From the NCBI GenBank assembly GCA_963726745.1, contig CAVSDR010000006.1:971159-1035158 (forward strand): DNA of 64,000 nt, written 5' to 3'. Shown here piece after piece: positions 1-9,200 of this stretch. Both the position numbers and the translations under genes were made by a program. The stretch's first letter is position 1. Every line of letters starts with the position of its first letter. The stretch comes from an uncultured Verrucomicrobiae bacterium (GTDB lineage: Bacteria; Verrucomicrobiota; Verrucomicrobiia; Chthoniobacterales; UBA10450). A model generated the notes under the pieces. The model searched no databases. It saw only the letters and a program-made list of their open reading frames with translations, and was not told where the DNA came from.

Positions 1-1
1 T

Positions 2-385
2 CTGCCGCAGCCTCCGCCCGCCTTCGATTCCGGGCAGCCGGATTGGGATAGCTTCATCGGCGGCGCAGCGCTGGCCACTCGTCCGTTGGATTTCGTTCCG
101 CTCTGGGAGGACAAAGACGGCAGCGAATTTGGCAGCGTTCTGGGCCTCGGGACCCGCGGCGCCGGCGATCTTTTCCGGTGCACGCGCGATGGCCGGATCC
201 GGCCCGTGGCCCGGTTCGCGTCGGCCACGGGCGGCGCCTCGCCGCCACCGGAAGAGGAACTCGCCGGGATACTCGATGCCTTGGACGCACCCGCGGTCCC
301 AAGGCCGGCGCCATCGGTCCGTGCGAGCGGCGAAAGTCCCGGACTGCGCCAATCGGATCGCAACTTCGTCCTGAACAATCCGTAG
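2..385 (+). CDS. hypothetical protein, 5'-truncated by window edge
   Basis: Frame open from position 2 to TAG at 383-385; no recognisable motif. Confidence 0.35.
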   Translation: MPQPPPAFDSGQPDWDSFIGGAALATRPLDFVPLWEDKDGSEFGSVLGLGTRGAGDLFRCTRDGRIRPVARFASATGGASPPPEEELAGILDALDAPAVPRPAPSVRASGESPGLRQSDRNFVLNNP

Positions 386-393
386 TTTCCTAT

Positions 394-870
394 ATGCGGG
401 TCGAATGGCTTTTTTTGCGGTGGCTGGTTATCATCGGGGCGATTGTCGCAGGCGTGGTTTACGCCACCTCGCATTATCGAGGCGAGGAAGGGGTGCATTA
501 CCAGGTGGTGCCGCTGGTCCAGGGAGAGAAAGCGCTGGGCTTGCCCCTGGCCGGCGTGGTGGTGAATCCGCTCAACCGGCAGGTCTACGCGATTGTCGGT
601 GGCGCGGCCGCGCACCCGGCTAACGGCCCGGATTTCTTTATTGCTTGGTCGACGTCGGAAGGCCAGACCTTCAGTGCCAATTTCGCAGCCGACAACGGCG
701 GTTGCTCGCTCTGTCGCCTGGGGCCGGAGGGCTCCCTCCTTTCCCATGAAGCACTGACCGCTGCGGGCTCCAAGGCCAGCAGCGCCAGCCTGGACCGCGA
801 AAGCCTCCAGGTGATTTTGCATGCCCTGCCCCACCGGCATCCTGCGGAACCGGCCGAAGGCCGCCCATGA
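394..870 (+). CDS. hypothetical membrane-anchored/exported protein
   Basis: ATG 394, N-terminal hydrophobic helix WLVIIGAIVAGVVYA; stop overlaps next start (ATGA). Confidence 0.55.
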   Translation: MRVEWLFLRWLVIIGAIVAGVVYATSHYRGEEGVHYQVVPLVQGEKALGLPLAGVVVNPLNRQVYAIVGGAAAHPANGPDFFIAWSTSEGQTFSANFAADNGGCSLCRLGPEGSLLSHEALTAAGSKASSASLDRESLQVILHALPHRHPAEPAEGRP

Positions 871-1064
871 GCCGGGTGCGAGACGGTCGTTCATCCTACC
901 GGGCCGCGCCGCGCGCGTGCCCGGTCTGCGGTTCCACCTATCGCACCCGCGGCATCTGCCCGCATTGCTTCCTGCGGCTGGCGCTCGAGCCGAAAGGAAC
1001 GCTGGATGCGGCCGCCTTCCAGAAAGCCCTGGACGAGACCGAGGAACGGCACCCGGGGCTCTAA
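867..1064 (+). CDS. small zinc-ribbon protein (CPVCG...CPHC)
   Basis: Two CxxC motifs; ATGA coupling to upstream gene. Confidence 0.55.
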   Translation: MSRVRDGRSSYRAAPRACPVCGSTYRTRGICPHCFLRLALEPKGTLDAAAFQKALDETEERHPGL

Positions 1065-1074
1065 CGTCGACTCG

Positions 1075-1434
1075 TTAGCCGACGCGGAAACGCAGATCGC
1101 GGATCACTTTGCCGCCAAAGCGCTGCTTCAGTTTCCGAAGGATTTCCGTTTTCGAAATGGTCTCGAATTGGTAGTGCAGCGCGGGCTGCAGGACGCGCAC
1201 AAAGAGAACGCCCTCGCGCAGGCTTACCGGGGCCGAATGCGCCGCGATGAAGTCGCCGACTATTTGCTGCCAGGCCTCGAAGACTTCGGCCTCATGGAGG
1301 CGCTCTTTCAGGCCGAGCTGCTGCATTAATTTTGGCAGCAAATCGGAAGGCGCCTGCCACTTGTCGGGGCGCGGTTTCCGCTCCGGGAGCCCGCGCCATT
1401 CCGCGAGCACGGCCGCGCGCAGCGCGGGGCTCAT
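1075..1434 (-). CDS. DUF721/DciA family protein
   Basis: AWQQIVGDFIAAHSAP...GVLFVRV...EILRKL...IRDLRFRVG pattern typical of DUF721. Confidence 0.8.
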   Translation of the reverse strand: MSPALRAAVLAEWRGLPERKPRPDKWQAPSDLLPKLMQQLGLKERLHEAEVFEAWQQIVGDFIAAHSAPVSLREGVLFVRVLQPALHYQFETISKTEILRKLKQRFGGKVIRDLRFRVG

Positions 1435-1436
1435 GG

Positions 1437-2858
1437 CTAGTATTTCCGCCGCATATTAGACGGCAGGATGTTCAGCTCGGTGCGGTATTTCGCGACCGTG
1501 CGGCGCGCGATCGGGATGCCGCGCTCGCTCAGGATTTCCACGATCTCCTTGTCGCTCAGGGGCGAGCTGCCGTCCTCGCTTTTCACCAGGTCGAGGATCG
1601 CTTCCTTCACGCTGGTGTTGCTCATGGCTTCGCCGCTCGCGGTCTGGTAGCCGGGGGTGAAAAAGTATTTCATCTCAAACACGCCCTGCGGGGTGGACAT
1701 GTATTTGCCGGAGATGGCGCGGCTCACGGTGGTCTCGTGCACGCCCACGACTTCGGCGATCTGCACCATGGTCATCGGCTTGAGATGCGCGCTCCCGTGG
1801 TCGAGGAATTCCATCTGCCGCTTCACGATCTCGTGCGCGATGTTCGAGATCGTCTGCTGCCGCTGGTGGATCGACTTGATGAGGAATTTCCCGCTGCGGA
1901 TCTTGTCGCGGATGTAGTCCTTCACCTCGCTGCCGTTGCCGTCCTGCGACATGATGTCCTTGTAGGTGTTGCTGATGCGCAGGTGCGGGATTTGTTCGCC
2001 GTTGAGGATGATCTGGTATTCGCCGTCGATTTTTTCCACGGTTACGTCGGGCAGGACATAATTCTGCGGCGACTCGGCAAAAATCTGGCCCGGCCGAGGA
2101 TCGAGGCGGGCAATGTTATTCGCGCACTTCTGCACCTGCTCCGCGCTCAAGCCCATCCGACGGGCGATTTCCGGAAAGCGCCGCTTGCCCAGGTCCTGCA
2201 TGTGCTCGGCGATGATTTTATACTCCAGGCTGCCCTGCTTGCCCTCGCGTTTCAGTTGAATCAGGAGGCACTCCTGCAAGTCGCGCGCGCCCACTCCTGG
2301 CGGGTAGAAGCTCTGGACGAGCGTGAGCATGTTCTCGAAGTCGTCCTTCGCGATGCCGGTGTTCATCGACATGTCTTCCGGGCTTGATTGGAGAAAGCCG
2401 CTGTCGTCGATGTTACCGATGATCACCTCTGCGGTCTTTCGATCATCGGCGTCGAGCGCAGTCTGGTTGAGCTGCCCCATCAGGTGCTGCTGCAGCGTTT
2501 CCTGGGTGGCGATGGAATCGAAGAAAAACTGCCGCTTTTCCTCCTCGCTCTGCGACCGGCCGCTGTAGCTGGCGGATTGCGCCATGTAATCGCGCCATTC
2601 GTCATCGAGCTTCGCCAGCTGGTCGAACTCCTCCTTGAACTGCGCGTCCTCCGCGGCGGTCTTCTCCGGCTCGGGCGTCTCGGGGTTTTCCTCGTTCGCC
2701 AGTTCCTCGAGGACCGGGTTCGTCTCCATCTCCTGCTGGACGAGATTGCGCAGTTCGAGGAGCGGCGCCTGCAGAATCAAAAGACTCTGCTGAAGCTGCG
2801 GGGCGAGAACCTGTTGGAGCGAGAGGTTCTGTGTTTGATGCATCCCGGGGCCAGCCAT
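1437..2858 (-). CDS. rpoN: RNA polymerase sigma-54 factor
   Basis: Q/L-rich region I (LQQSLLILQ), HETTVSRA HTH, RpoN box ARRTVAKYR. Confidence 0.97.
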   Translation of the reverse strand: MAGPGMHQTQNLSLQQVLAPQLQQSLLILQAPLLELRNLVQQEMETNPVLEELANEENPETPEPEKTAAEDAQFKEEFDQLAKLDDEWRDYMAQSASYSGRSQSEEEKRQFFFDSIATQETLQQHLMGQLNQTALDADDRKTAEVIIGNIDDSGFLQSSPEDMSMNTGIAKDDFENMLTLVQSFYPPGVGARDLQECLLIQLKREGKQGSLEYKIIAEHMQDLGKRRFPEIARRMGLSAEQVQKCANNIARLDPRPGQIFAESPQNYVLPDVTVEKIDGEYQIILNGEQIPHLRISNTYKDIMSQDGNGSEVKDYIRDKIRSGKFLIKSIHQRQQTISNIAHEIVKRQMEFLDHGSAHLKPMTMVQIAEVVGVHETTVSRAISGKYMSTPQGVFEMKYFFTPGYQTASGEAMSNTSVKEAILDLVKSEDGSSPLSDKEIVEILSERGIPIARRTVAKYRTELNILPSNMRRKY

Positions 2859-2893
2859 GGTCAGAGGGTAAGTGTCTTGGAGCACTGCGAGCA

Positions 2894-2909
2894 AGCAGTT
2901 TTCGCGCCG
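2894..2909 (-). promoter_or_regulatory. candidate sigma-54 -24/-12 site upstream of rpoN
   Basis: Minus strand CGGCGCGAAAACTGCT = GG-N10-GC, close to TGGCACGnnnnTTGCW; about 36 nt upstream of rpoN ATG. Confidence 0.45.
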
Positions 2910-2937
2910 CAGGCTTTGCGTCACAAGGTCCGGACGG

Positions 2938-2953
2938 CGGAACGCGTCCTGCT
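2938..2953 (+). promoter_or_regulatory. candidate sigma-54 -24/-12 site upstream of small secreted proteins
   Basis: CGGAACGCGTCCTGCT = GG-N10-GC, 15 nt before ATG 2969. Confidence 0.4.
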
Positions 2954-2968
2954 TAAAAGCGGGTAGCC

Positions 2969-3199
2969 ATGAAAATGCTCCCTGTTGCCGTCGCCGCCGC
3001 CATGCTTTGGTCCACGGCGTTCAACTCCGCCCATGCCGCCGCGGAACCGCCCGACCCTCGCCTGCTTGGCGCCCTTAAGGAAGTGCAAGCTCAACAGGCC
3101 CAGATCGCCGAGAACCAGGCGAAGATCGAGGTCAAGCTGGTTTCCATTGGCGAAGCCGTCCGCGTCGCCCGCATTTACGCCAGCCGGGGAGGCCACTAG
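2969..3199 (+). CDS. small secreted coiled-coil protein (C-terminal IYASRGG)
   Basis: Signal peptide ending AHA; amphipathic helix; paralogous to next gene. Confidence 0.75.
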   Translation: MKMLPVAVAAAMLWSTAFNSAHAAAEPPDPRLLGALKEVQAQQAQIAENQAKIEVKLVSIGEAVRVARIYASRGGH

Positions 3200-3201
3200 C
3201 G

Positions 3202-3492
3202 ATGAAACGCATCCTGCTTCTCGCCCTCTTCGCGCTCAGTTTGTCGGCTATTTTCGCGGCGGCGCAGTCGCCTTCGCCCATGGTCATCGTGCCGGCGGCG
3301 AAACCCGCAACCGCCAGCGCCGCGCCGTCCGCCGCCGCGAGTGCGGACAACGACGCGGCCGTGCTGGAATTACTCCAGCAGATCAAGGCCGCGAACGCCG
3401 AAGTCCTGAAGCGTCAGGCGACGGTGCTCGAGCAGTTAGCCGAGATGGAAAAGGCCGCCGACCAGATCAAAATTTACAGCAAGCGCGGCTAA
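3202..3492 (+). CDS. small secreted coiled-coil protein (C-terminal IYSKRG)
   Basis: Signal peptide MKRILLLALFALSLSAIFAAA; A/P/S linker; paralog of 2969..3199. Confidence 0.8.
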   Translation: MKRILLLALFALSLSAIFAAAQSPSPMVIVPAAKPATASAAPSAAASADNDAAVLELLQQIKAANAEVLKRQATVLEQLAEMEKAADQIKIYSKRG

Positions 3493-3513
3493 CGCGTTTC
3501 CTCAGCGCGCTGG

Positions 3514-4884
3514 CTATTTTTTGGTCTTCGGCTCGAGCTTCCGGTAAAGCGTCGCCATGCTGATGCCCAGCATGCCGGCTGCCTTCTCACGCGCGCCTTC
3601 GACGTGCAGCAAGGTCGCGTCGATGTAGTTCTTCTCCTGCTGCTGGATGAACTCCTCCAGCGTCTGGCCGACAGGCATCGAGGCCAGCGTTTGCTGCGCC
3701 TTGTCGCCTTGCGCTGCGGCCACGATCGCCGGTGGCAGGTCGCTCGGCAGGATCATGTCTTCATCGCACAACGCACAGGCGCGCTCGATCGCGTTCTCCA
3801 GTTCGCGCACGTTGCCTGGGTAATCGTAGCGGCAAAGAATGTCGACGGCCTGCGGATCGATCTTCTTCGGTTCCCCACCGGTCGCACTGGCCTGCTTTTG
3901 CAGGAAGTGATTCACCAAAAGCGGCACGTCTTCGAGCCGCTCGCGCAACGCCGGGATCTCCACCGGGATGACCGCCAGCCGGTAGTATAAATCTTCGCGA
4001 AACGTCCCGTCCTTCATCTTCGGGCCGAGCGGTTCGTTGGTCGCGCCGACCACGCGCACGTTCACCGGCGAGCTCTTGTTGTCGCCTACCCGCCGCACTT
4101 CGCGCTCCTGGAGCACCCGCAGCAATTTCGTCTGCAGCGAAGTCGCCATCGAGTTCACTTCATCGAGGAAAATCGTCCCGAGGTTCGCTTCCTCGAAGAG
4201 CCCGCGCTTGTCGGCCACCGCGCCGGTGAAGGCGCCCTTTTTGTGCCCGAACAATTCGGACTCGAGCAAATTCTCCGGCAGAGCCGAGCAGTTGATCGCG
4301 ACGAACGGATGATGTTGCCGGTTGCTATTGAAATGCAGCCCACGCGCGACCAGTTCCTTGCCCGTGCCGCTCTCGCCCTGGATCAAAACCGTGCTGTCGG
4401 TGTCGGCCACCTTGTTGATTAAATTGTAGACCTGCTGCATCGCCCGGCTGGTGCCGATGATGTTCTCGAAGCGATATTTGTTTTTGAGTTCCTTGCGGAG
4501 GTAAACGTTCTCCCGCAGCGCCGCCTGGTAGTCGAGCGCGCGCTGCACCGTCATCTGCAGCTCGTCGATCTTGAAGGGCTTGGTCACGTAGTCATACGCG
4601 CCCATCTTCATCGCTTCGACCGCGGTCTCGACCGACGCGTAGGCCGTGATCAGGATCACGGCGGTCTGCCGATGATGCTCCCGCACGTGTCGGAGCACGT
4701 CGAAGCCGGTCATCGTTTCCATCTTGATGTCGGCGATCACCACCTGCGGCGCGATCGCGTCCAGTTGCTCCACCGCTTTCGGCGCGGAGTTAAATGGGAA
4801 GACTTGGTGACCTTTTTCGCGACAGAGCGACCCGATCACTTCCACCATGGCTGGCTCGTCGTCGATGATGATGATTTTTGCCAT
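3514..4884 (-). CDS. sigma-54-dependent response regulator (NtrC/AtoC family)
   Basis: REC domain (IDDE, ADIKM, KPF), AAA+ GESGTGKE, GAFTGA loop, C-terminal Fis-type HTH. Confidence 0.96.
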   Translation of the reverse strand: MAKIIIIDDEPAMVEVIGSLCREKGHQVFPFNSAPKAVEQLDAIAPQVVIADIKMETMTGFDVLRHVREHHRQTAVILITAYASVETAVEAMKMGAYDYVTKPFKIDELQMTVQRALDYQAALRENVYLRKELKNKYRFENIIGTSRAMQQVYNLINKVADTDSTVLIQGESGTGKELVARGLHFNSNRQHHPFVAINCSALPENLLESELFGHKKGAFTGAVADKRGLFEEANLGTIFLDEVNSMATSLQTKLLRVLQEREVRRVGDNKSSPVNVRVVGATNEPLGPKMKDGTFREDLYYRLAVIPVEIPALRERLEDVPLLVNHFLQKQASATGGEPKKIDPQAVDILCRYDYPGNVRELENAIERACALCDEDMILPSDLPPAIVAAAQGDKAQQTLASMPVGQTLEEFIQQQEKNYIDATLLHVEGAREKAAGMLGISMATLYRKLEPKTKK

Positions 4885-4941
4885 AATCGCAGGGCGGAGA
4901 GTAGTTTCAGTTTTGAGAAAAGCAACGTCAGAAACGAGAAT

Positions 4942-6129
4942 CTACCTAGGCAGCGCGACCTCGCCGCGCAACATCCTCCACGGCACTTCGCCGCGAAATT
5001 CCACTGCGCTCTCAAACACATCGTCTGCCGCGGTCGCTTCGGTGGGGACGACGATTAAATCCGCATAAGAACCCGGCGCGATCCGCCCGAGCACTGCTCC
5101 ACTCTGCAACGCCCGCGCGGGATGCGTTGTCACCATCGCAAGAATTTCGCGCGCTGAAATTGCTGGCTGTTGCTGGCGAAACTCCCGCATTTCCGCGAAG
5201 AGACTCAGATCGTCGTTGCTCGCGAGGCTGTCGGTCGCCAGGCAAATATTGAACCCGCGCGCGCGCAAATCTCCGAAGCGAAACCGCGTGTGCCCGAAGA
5301 ACGCATGCGAGCGCGGGCAATGCGCGACATGGAACCGCGGCGCTGCCTCCAGCAGTCGCAGGTCGTCGTCCGTGAGCTCGTTCACATGCGCCACGATCCA
5401 GCGCTCGTCGAGCACCCCCAACTCGAGCAGGTGGGCCAGCGGCGTGAGCGCGCGCGCGCAATCTCCCATCGGTCGCCCGAGCTCGCGCAGAAACTCAAAC
5501 ATCTCCCCGCGTCCTTCGCGAAACATCGCCATCTCCTCCCGCGACTCCGCCAGGTGTGTGGTTGCCAGCACACCCGCCGCCGCGGTCGCGCGATATAACT
5601 CCGCCGATGCCGTGTAGGGCGCATGCGGCGCGAGCCCACAAGGTGCCGGCAAAAGAGACAGCACTTTCTCAACGTCGATCCCTCCGCGCAGATCGATCAA
5701 TTCCGCGAACCACCAGAGCCGCATCGGCAGCGTCGGCAGCTGGCTGATTAACTCCGGAAACGCTTCCAAATTCGCGATCGTCGTCGTGCCGAAACGCGCC
5801 GCCTCCGTGCAGCCCTCGGTAATCGACCGCAGATAATCCTCCTCACTCCACGACGCTTTCAGGGCGTTGATCGCGCGAATCCATTGCGGAAAAGGCAGCC
5901 CGCGCGGGAGCCGGCCGCGCATTCCTGTATAGTCGAGATGGCAGTGCGCGTTGATTAGCCCCGGCAAGAGCGCGACCTCGCCCAGATCGTGCACTTCCTC
6001 ACCACCCCAGCGCGCGCGCACCTCTGGCCACCGACCCACCTCCACGATCCGGTCGCCGGAGACCACGACCGCACCGTTCTCGATCGGAGCGCCCTCCATG
6101 GTCACGACCACACGCGCGCGCAGGATCAT
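4942..6129 (-). CDS. metal-dependent amidohydrolase (MTA/SAH or aminofutalosine deaminase-like)
   Basis: PGLINAHCHL, APHAPYT, HLAES, HCPRS, LATDS motifs. Confidence 0.85.
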   Translation of the reverse strand: MILRARVVVTMEGAPIENGAVVVSGDRIVEVGRWPEVRARWGGEEVHDLGEVALLPGLINAHCHLDYTGMRGRLPRGLPFPQWIRAINALKASWSEEDYLRSITEGCTEAARFGTTTIANLEAFPELISQLPTLPMRLWWFAELIDLRGGIDVEKVLSLLPAPCGLAPHAPYTASAELYRATAAAGVLATTHLAESREEMAMFREGRGEMFEFLRELGRPMGDCARALTPLAHLLELGVLDERWIVAHVNELTDDDLRLLEAAPRFHVAHCPRSHAFFGHTRFRFGDLRARGFNICLATDSLASNDDLSLFAEMREFRQQQPAISAREILAMVTTHPARALQSGAVLGRIAPGSYADLIVVPTEATAADDVFESAVEFRGEVPWRMLRGEVALPR

Positions 6130-6136
6130 GGGAAAG

Positions 6137-6739
6137 TTACTCGCCGCCCTTCACCACCTTGCGCGCCTCGGCTACGAGCAGGTTGCACGCTTCCTGGCAA
6201 AGCAACGGCAACGCCGCGGCGGCGGCCGGAGTGAATTTTCCCGGCGGCAACAAGCTCGAAGGCAACGCGTCCGTGGCATCGCGCCGCCAGAGGATCGTGC
6301 GCAGGCAACCGCCGTCCGAGCGACAGATGTGGCCGACTAATTGGTCGATCTGCGCGTCGCTGATCTTCGCGGCCACGCGATACATCCCCGTCTGCCGCCC
6401 GAGCGTGGCCCGCAGCGGAGTCGTGGAAAGCGATCCTGATGCCCAAGCGCGGAAAGCCGCCAGCCGCCCTGGATAGAAAATCTCCAGCGCCTCTCTCACC
6501 GCCATCTTGTCGGCTAATTTTAATTCCCAGCCGTGGCGCAGGTTCGGCGCAGTGCGGAGCGGGCGAAAATTTCCCGCATCGTCGAAGCGCGCGATTTCCT
6601 CCGCATCGTCAAACAAAGGCAAATCTTCGCGCCCGCGATCGTCATGATGACAAAGCACAAAGCCGCCTGCTTCCGTGCGCCGGCCAAAAAGTTGCCCGAT
6701 GCGAAACGTCGGCGCCGCGAGCCATTCCTCGATCGTCAC
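6137..6739 (-). CDS. DR2241-family protein (putative Fe-S domain)
   Basis: FRPLRTAPNLRHGW, YPG, RQTGMY and four Cys (CRSDGGC...CQEAC). Confidence 0.75.
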   Translation of the reverse strand: MTIEEWLAAPTFRIGQLFGRRTEAGGFVLCHHDDRGREDLPLFDDAEEIARFDDAGNFRPLRTAPNLRHGWELKLADKMAVREALEIFYPGRLAAFRAWASGSLSTTPLRATLGRQTGMYRVAAKISDAQIDQLVGHICRSDGGCLRTILWRRDATDALPSSLLPPGKFTPAAAAALPLLCQEACNLLVAEARKVVKGGE

Positions 6740-6755
6740 CGCGGTGGCGTGGGGC

Positions 6756-7217
6756 TCACTTGAACGCGTGGCCCATCATCAGCGCCACCTTTTCCAGCAC
6801 TTCGCGGTCGTCCTTGGTAAACGCTCGCTCTTTCATCGTATCGGCAATGATCACGCCCACGACCTTGTCGCTCTGGCTGATCACCGGGACCACGATCTCC
6901 GCGCGGGTCGTGTGGAAGCCGGGCAGATAGCGCGGGTCTTTCCTCACATCCGGCACCACGATGGTTTCGCGCGCTTCCGCGGCCGCGCCGCACAGGCCCT
7001 GCGTCGCCGGAAAACGCGGGTAGCAAACCGGTTCATCGCCGCTCCCCGCGACGGCCACGAAATCGCCCCGGTTCAATTTGTAAACTCCGACCCAGCAATA
7101 GCCGCGCGCCTGCTGGATCATTTCGACCATCCGCTTCACATCTTTCGGGCCGTTCGCGCCCGCGAGAATGAACGCACCCAGCTCCTGCAGCATCTGGATC
7201 GTGGCCGGGTCTTTCAC
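6756..7217 (-). CDS. GAF domain protein
   Basis: WVGVY...GLCGAAA...IVVPDVRKDPRY...EIVVPV...FTKDD. Confidence 0.85.
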   Translation of the reverse strand: MKDPATIQMLQELGAFILAGANGPKDVKRMVEMIQQARGYCWVGVYKLNRGDFVAVAGSGDEPVCYPRFPATQGLCGAAAEARETIVVPDVRKDPRYLPGFHTTRAEIVVPVISQSDKVVGVIIADTMKERAFTKDDREVLEKVALMMGHAFK

Positions 7218-8056
7218 GCGATCGCCTCCTCCGCGGGCTGCGCTTCGAACGCTTCCACCTGTTCCAAAATCACATCGGCAAAACGCGGTTCCGTCCCGAT
7301 CGAGCTCGCGTAGAAAAGCGTGCGCCCTTCGAGCAGATGCGGGTTCCGGCGAAACACGTCGCCCGCGCGTTGCCGCGCCGTGGCCGAGACGCCCGCGTCC
7401 TGCTCCATGCCCAGGAGCACGGGAATGTCTTCATAGCTGTGCAAGCCATCGGCGATGAAGAACGGCACCACGATCACGTTGGGAGTGTGGGTGAGCTTCC
7501 TCCAGTCGGCAACCAGCGGCGCCTCCTCCATGTAGACGTTCAACACCGAGGCGTAATCGCTCTGCGCGGCGATCGCTTCCGCGGCGCGTTTGGCCGCGAC
7601 CGCGCTATTATCGTTCAAGCTCGTGCCATGGCCCACAATCAGCAGGCTGGTCTCCTTTTCCGGAACGCCGGGAGCGATCGCGCGCGCTCGCGCCAGCAAG
7701 AGATCGGTCGCAAGGCGATGGTTCCCCACCGGCTCGCAATATTTCCAAACCTGCCCGTCGATCCGCGTGGTCACGCGGCCGGCCAGCTCCAGCTCCCGCG
7801 GGATCACCGTCTGCGTGAAGTAACCTTCGCTGATGAAATTGGGGACCACGAAGACTTCGCGAATGCGCGGGCTTTCGAAGAACAGGAGCGCATCGCGCAA
7901 GCTCGGCTCCTCTTTCCAGAAACAGCAGGCCACCTCGGAAAAGAGAGCGCGCTGTCTAATCTCCGCCGCATGCGCCAGGCTCGGCGTGCTCGAGTCCGGG
8001 TTCACCGTCGAGCCGTGGCCCACGATCAGGAGCGCGGCATTTTCTCGGCGCGTCAT
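7214..8056 (-). CDS. CbiX/SirB-type chelatase-fold protein (two domains)
   Basis: Two LLIVGHG(S/T) motifs, VVPNFISEG, VVPFFIADGLHSYEDIP. Confidence 0.85.
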   Translation of the reverse strand: MTRRENAALLIVGHGSTVNPDSSTPSLAHAAEIRQRALFSEVACCFWKEEPSLRDALLFFESPRIREVFVVPNFISEGYFTQTVIPRELELAGRVTTRIDGQVWKYCEPVGNHRLATDLLLARARAIAPGVPEKETSLLIVGHGTSLNDNSAVAAKRAAEAIAAQSDYASVLNVYMEEAPLVADWRKLTHTPNVIVVPFFIADGLHSYEDIPVLLGMEQDAGVSATARQRAGDVFRRNPHLLEGRTLFYASSIGTEPRFADVILEQVEAFEAQPAEEAIA

Positions 8057-8131
8057 GCGGAGAAGGTCAACGCCCTGCGCGCATGGTTCAACGGGCAATT
8101 GCACCGCTCGCTCGCGGCGGTAATCTCCCGT

Positions 8132-9160
8132 ATGCGCTTTCGCACTTACAAAAACACCGATCTCAAAGTGAGCGAAGTCGGCTTCGGGCTCTGGACCATT
8201 TCCACCGGGTGGTGGGGGAATTTCACCGAAGGCGAAGCGATCGCGCTGATGCACAAGGCCTTCGATTTAGGCATCACTTTGTTCGACGCCGCCGACACCT
8301 ACGGCAATGGTCTGAGCGAGGAGTTGATCGCGAAAGCGTTCCCAAAACAACGCGACGAAATCGTGATCGCGACCAAGGTCGGCTACGACTTCGTGACTCA
8401 CGGCGAAAGCCGCGGCCGCGGCCAGCGCGAGATCCCGCAGGATTTTTCGCCCGAGGCCATCCGGCGCGCGACTGACGCCGCTTTGAAGCGTCTCAAAACC
8501 GACCGCATCGACCTGCTTCAGCTGCACAACATCCGCATGGAACAGATCGAGGATGACGCCCTCTGGACCACGCTCGAGGAATTGAAAGCGAGCGGCAAAA
8601 TCCGCTATCACGGCATCGCCCTCGGGCCTGCCATTGGCTGGATGTATGAAGGGATCAATTGCATCCGCGAGCGCGACACCACCAGCGTGCAGCACATCTA
8701 CAATACGCTCGAGCAGCACCCTGGCCGCGCGATGCACGAGGCCGCCGCCGAGGCCGGGAAGGACACCATGTTCCTCATCCGCGTGACCCATTCCTCCGGG
8801 ATGCTCGAGGGAAAATACACCGCCGAGACCGTCTTCCCGCCGAACGATCACCGGAATCACCGGCCGCGCAGCTGGCTGCTCAACGGGATCAAGAAAGTTG
8901 ATCGTCTGCGCTTCCTGGAAAACAGCGAGCGCTCGTTAGGCCAGGCCGCGCTCCAATGGCTCCTGGCGGATGAACGCGTCGCCTCTACCCTGCCGAACAT
9001 CTACGAGGAGGCGCAGCTGATCGAGTTTGCCAAGGCGCCGGAAACCGCCCGCCTCACGAGCGAAGAGATGGCGCGCATCGAGGAGGAATACGCGGAGAAC
9101 TTCGGCGTCGAGCGCGAAGAGCCGAAGTATAAAGGGACGATGGAATTGGCCGAGGCGTAG
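8132..9160 (+). CDS. aldo/keto reductase
   Basis: VSEVGFG, FDAADTYGNGLSEE, IATKVG, RLKTDRIDLLQLH. Confidence 0.93.
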   Translation: MRFRTYKNTDLKVSEVGFGLWTISTGWWGNFTEGEAIALMHKAFDLGITLFDAADTYGNGLSEELIAKAFPKQRDEIVIATKVGYDFVTHGESRGRGQREIPQDFSPEAIRRATDAALKRLKTDRIDLLQLHNIRMEQIEDDALWTTLEELKASGKIRYHGIALGPAIGWMYEGINCIRERDTTSVQHIYNTLEQHPGRAMHEAAAEAGKDTMFLIRVTHSSGMLEGKYTAETVFPPNDHRNHRPRSWLLNGIKKVDRLRFLENSERSLGQAALQWLLADERVASTLPNIYEEAQLIEFAKAPETARLTSEEMARIEEEYAENFGVEREEPKYKGTMELAEA

Positions 9161-9200
9161 CCGATTTTGGCTCAGCCTAACGAGAAATTAGCCGGCAACT

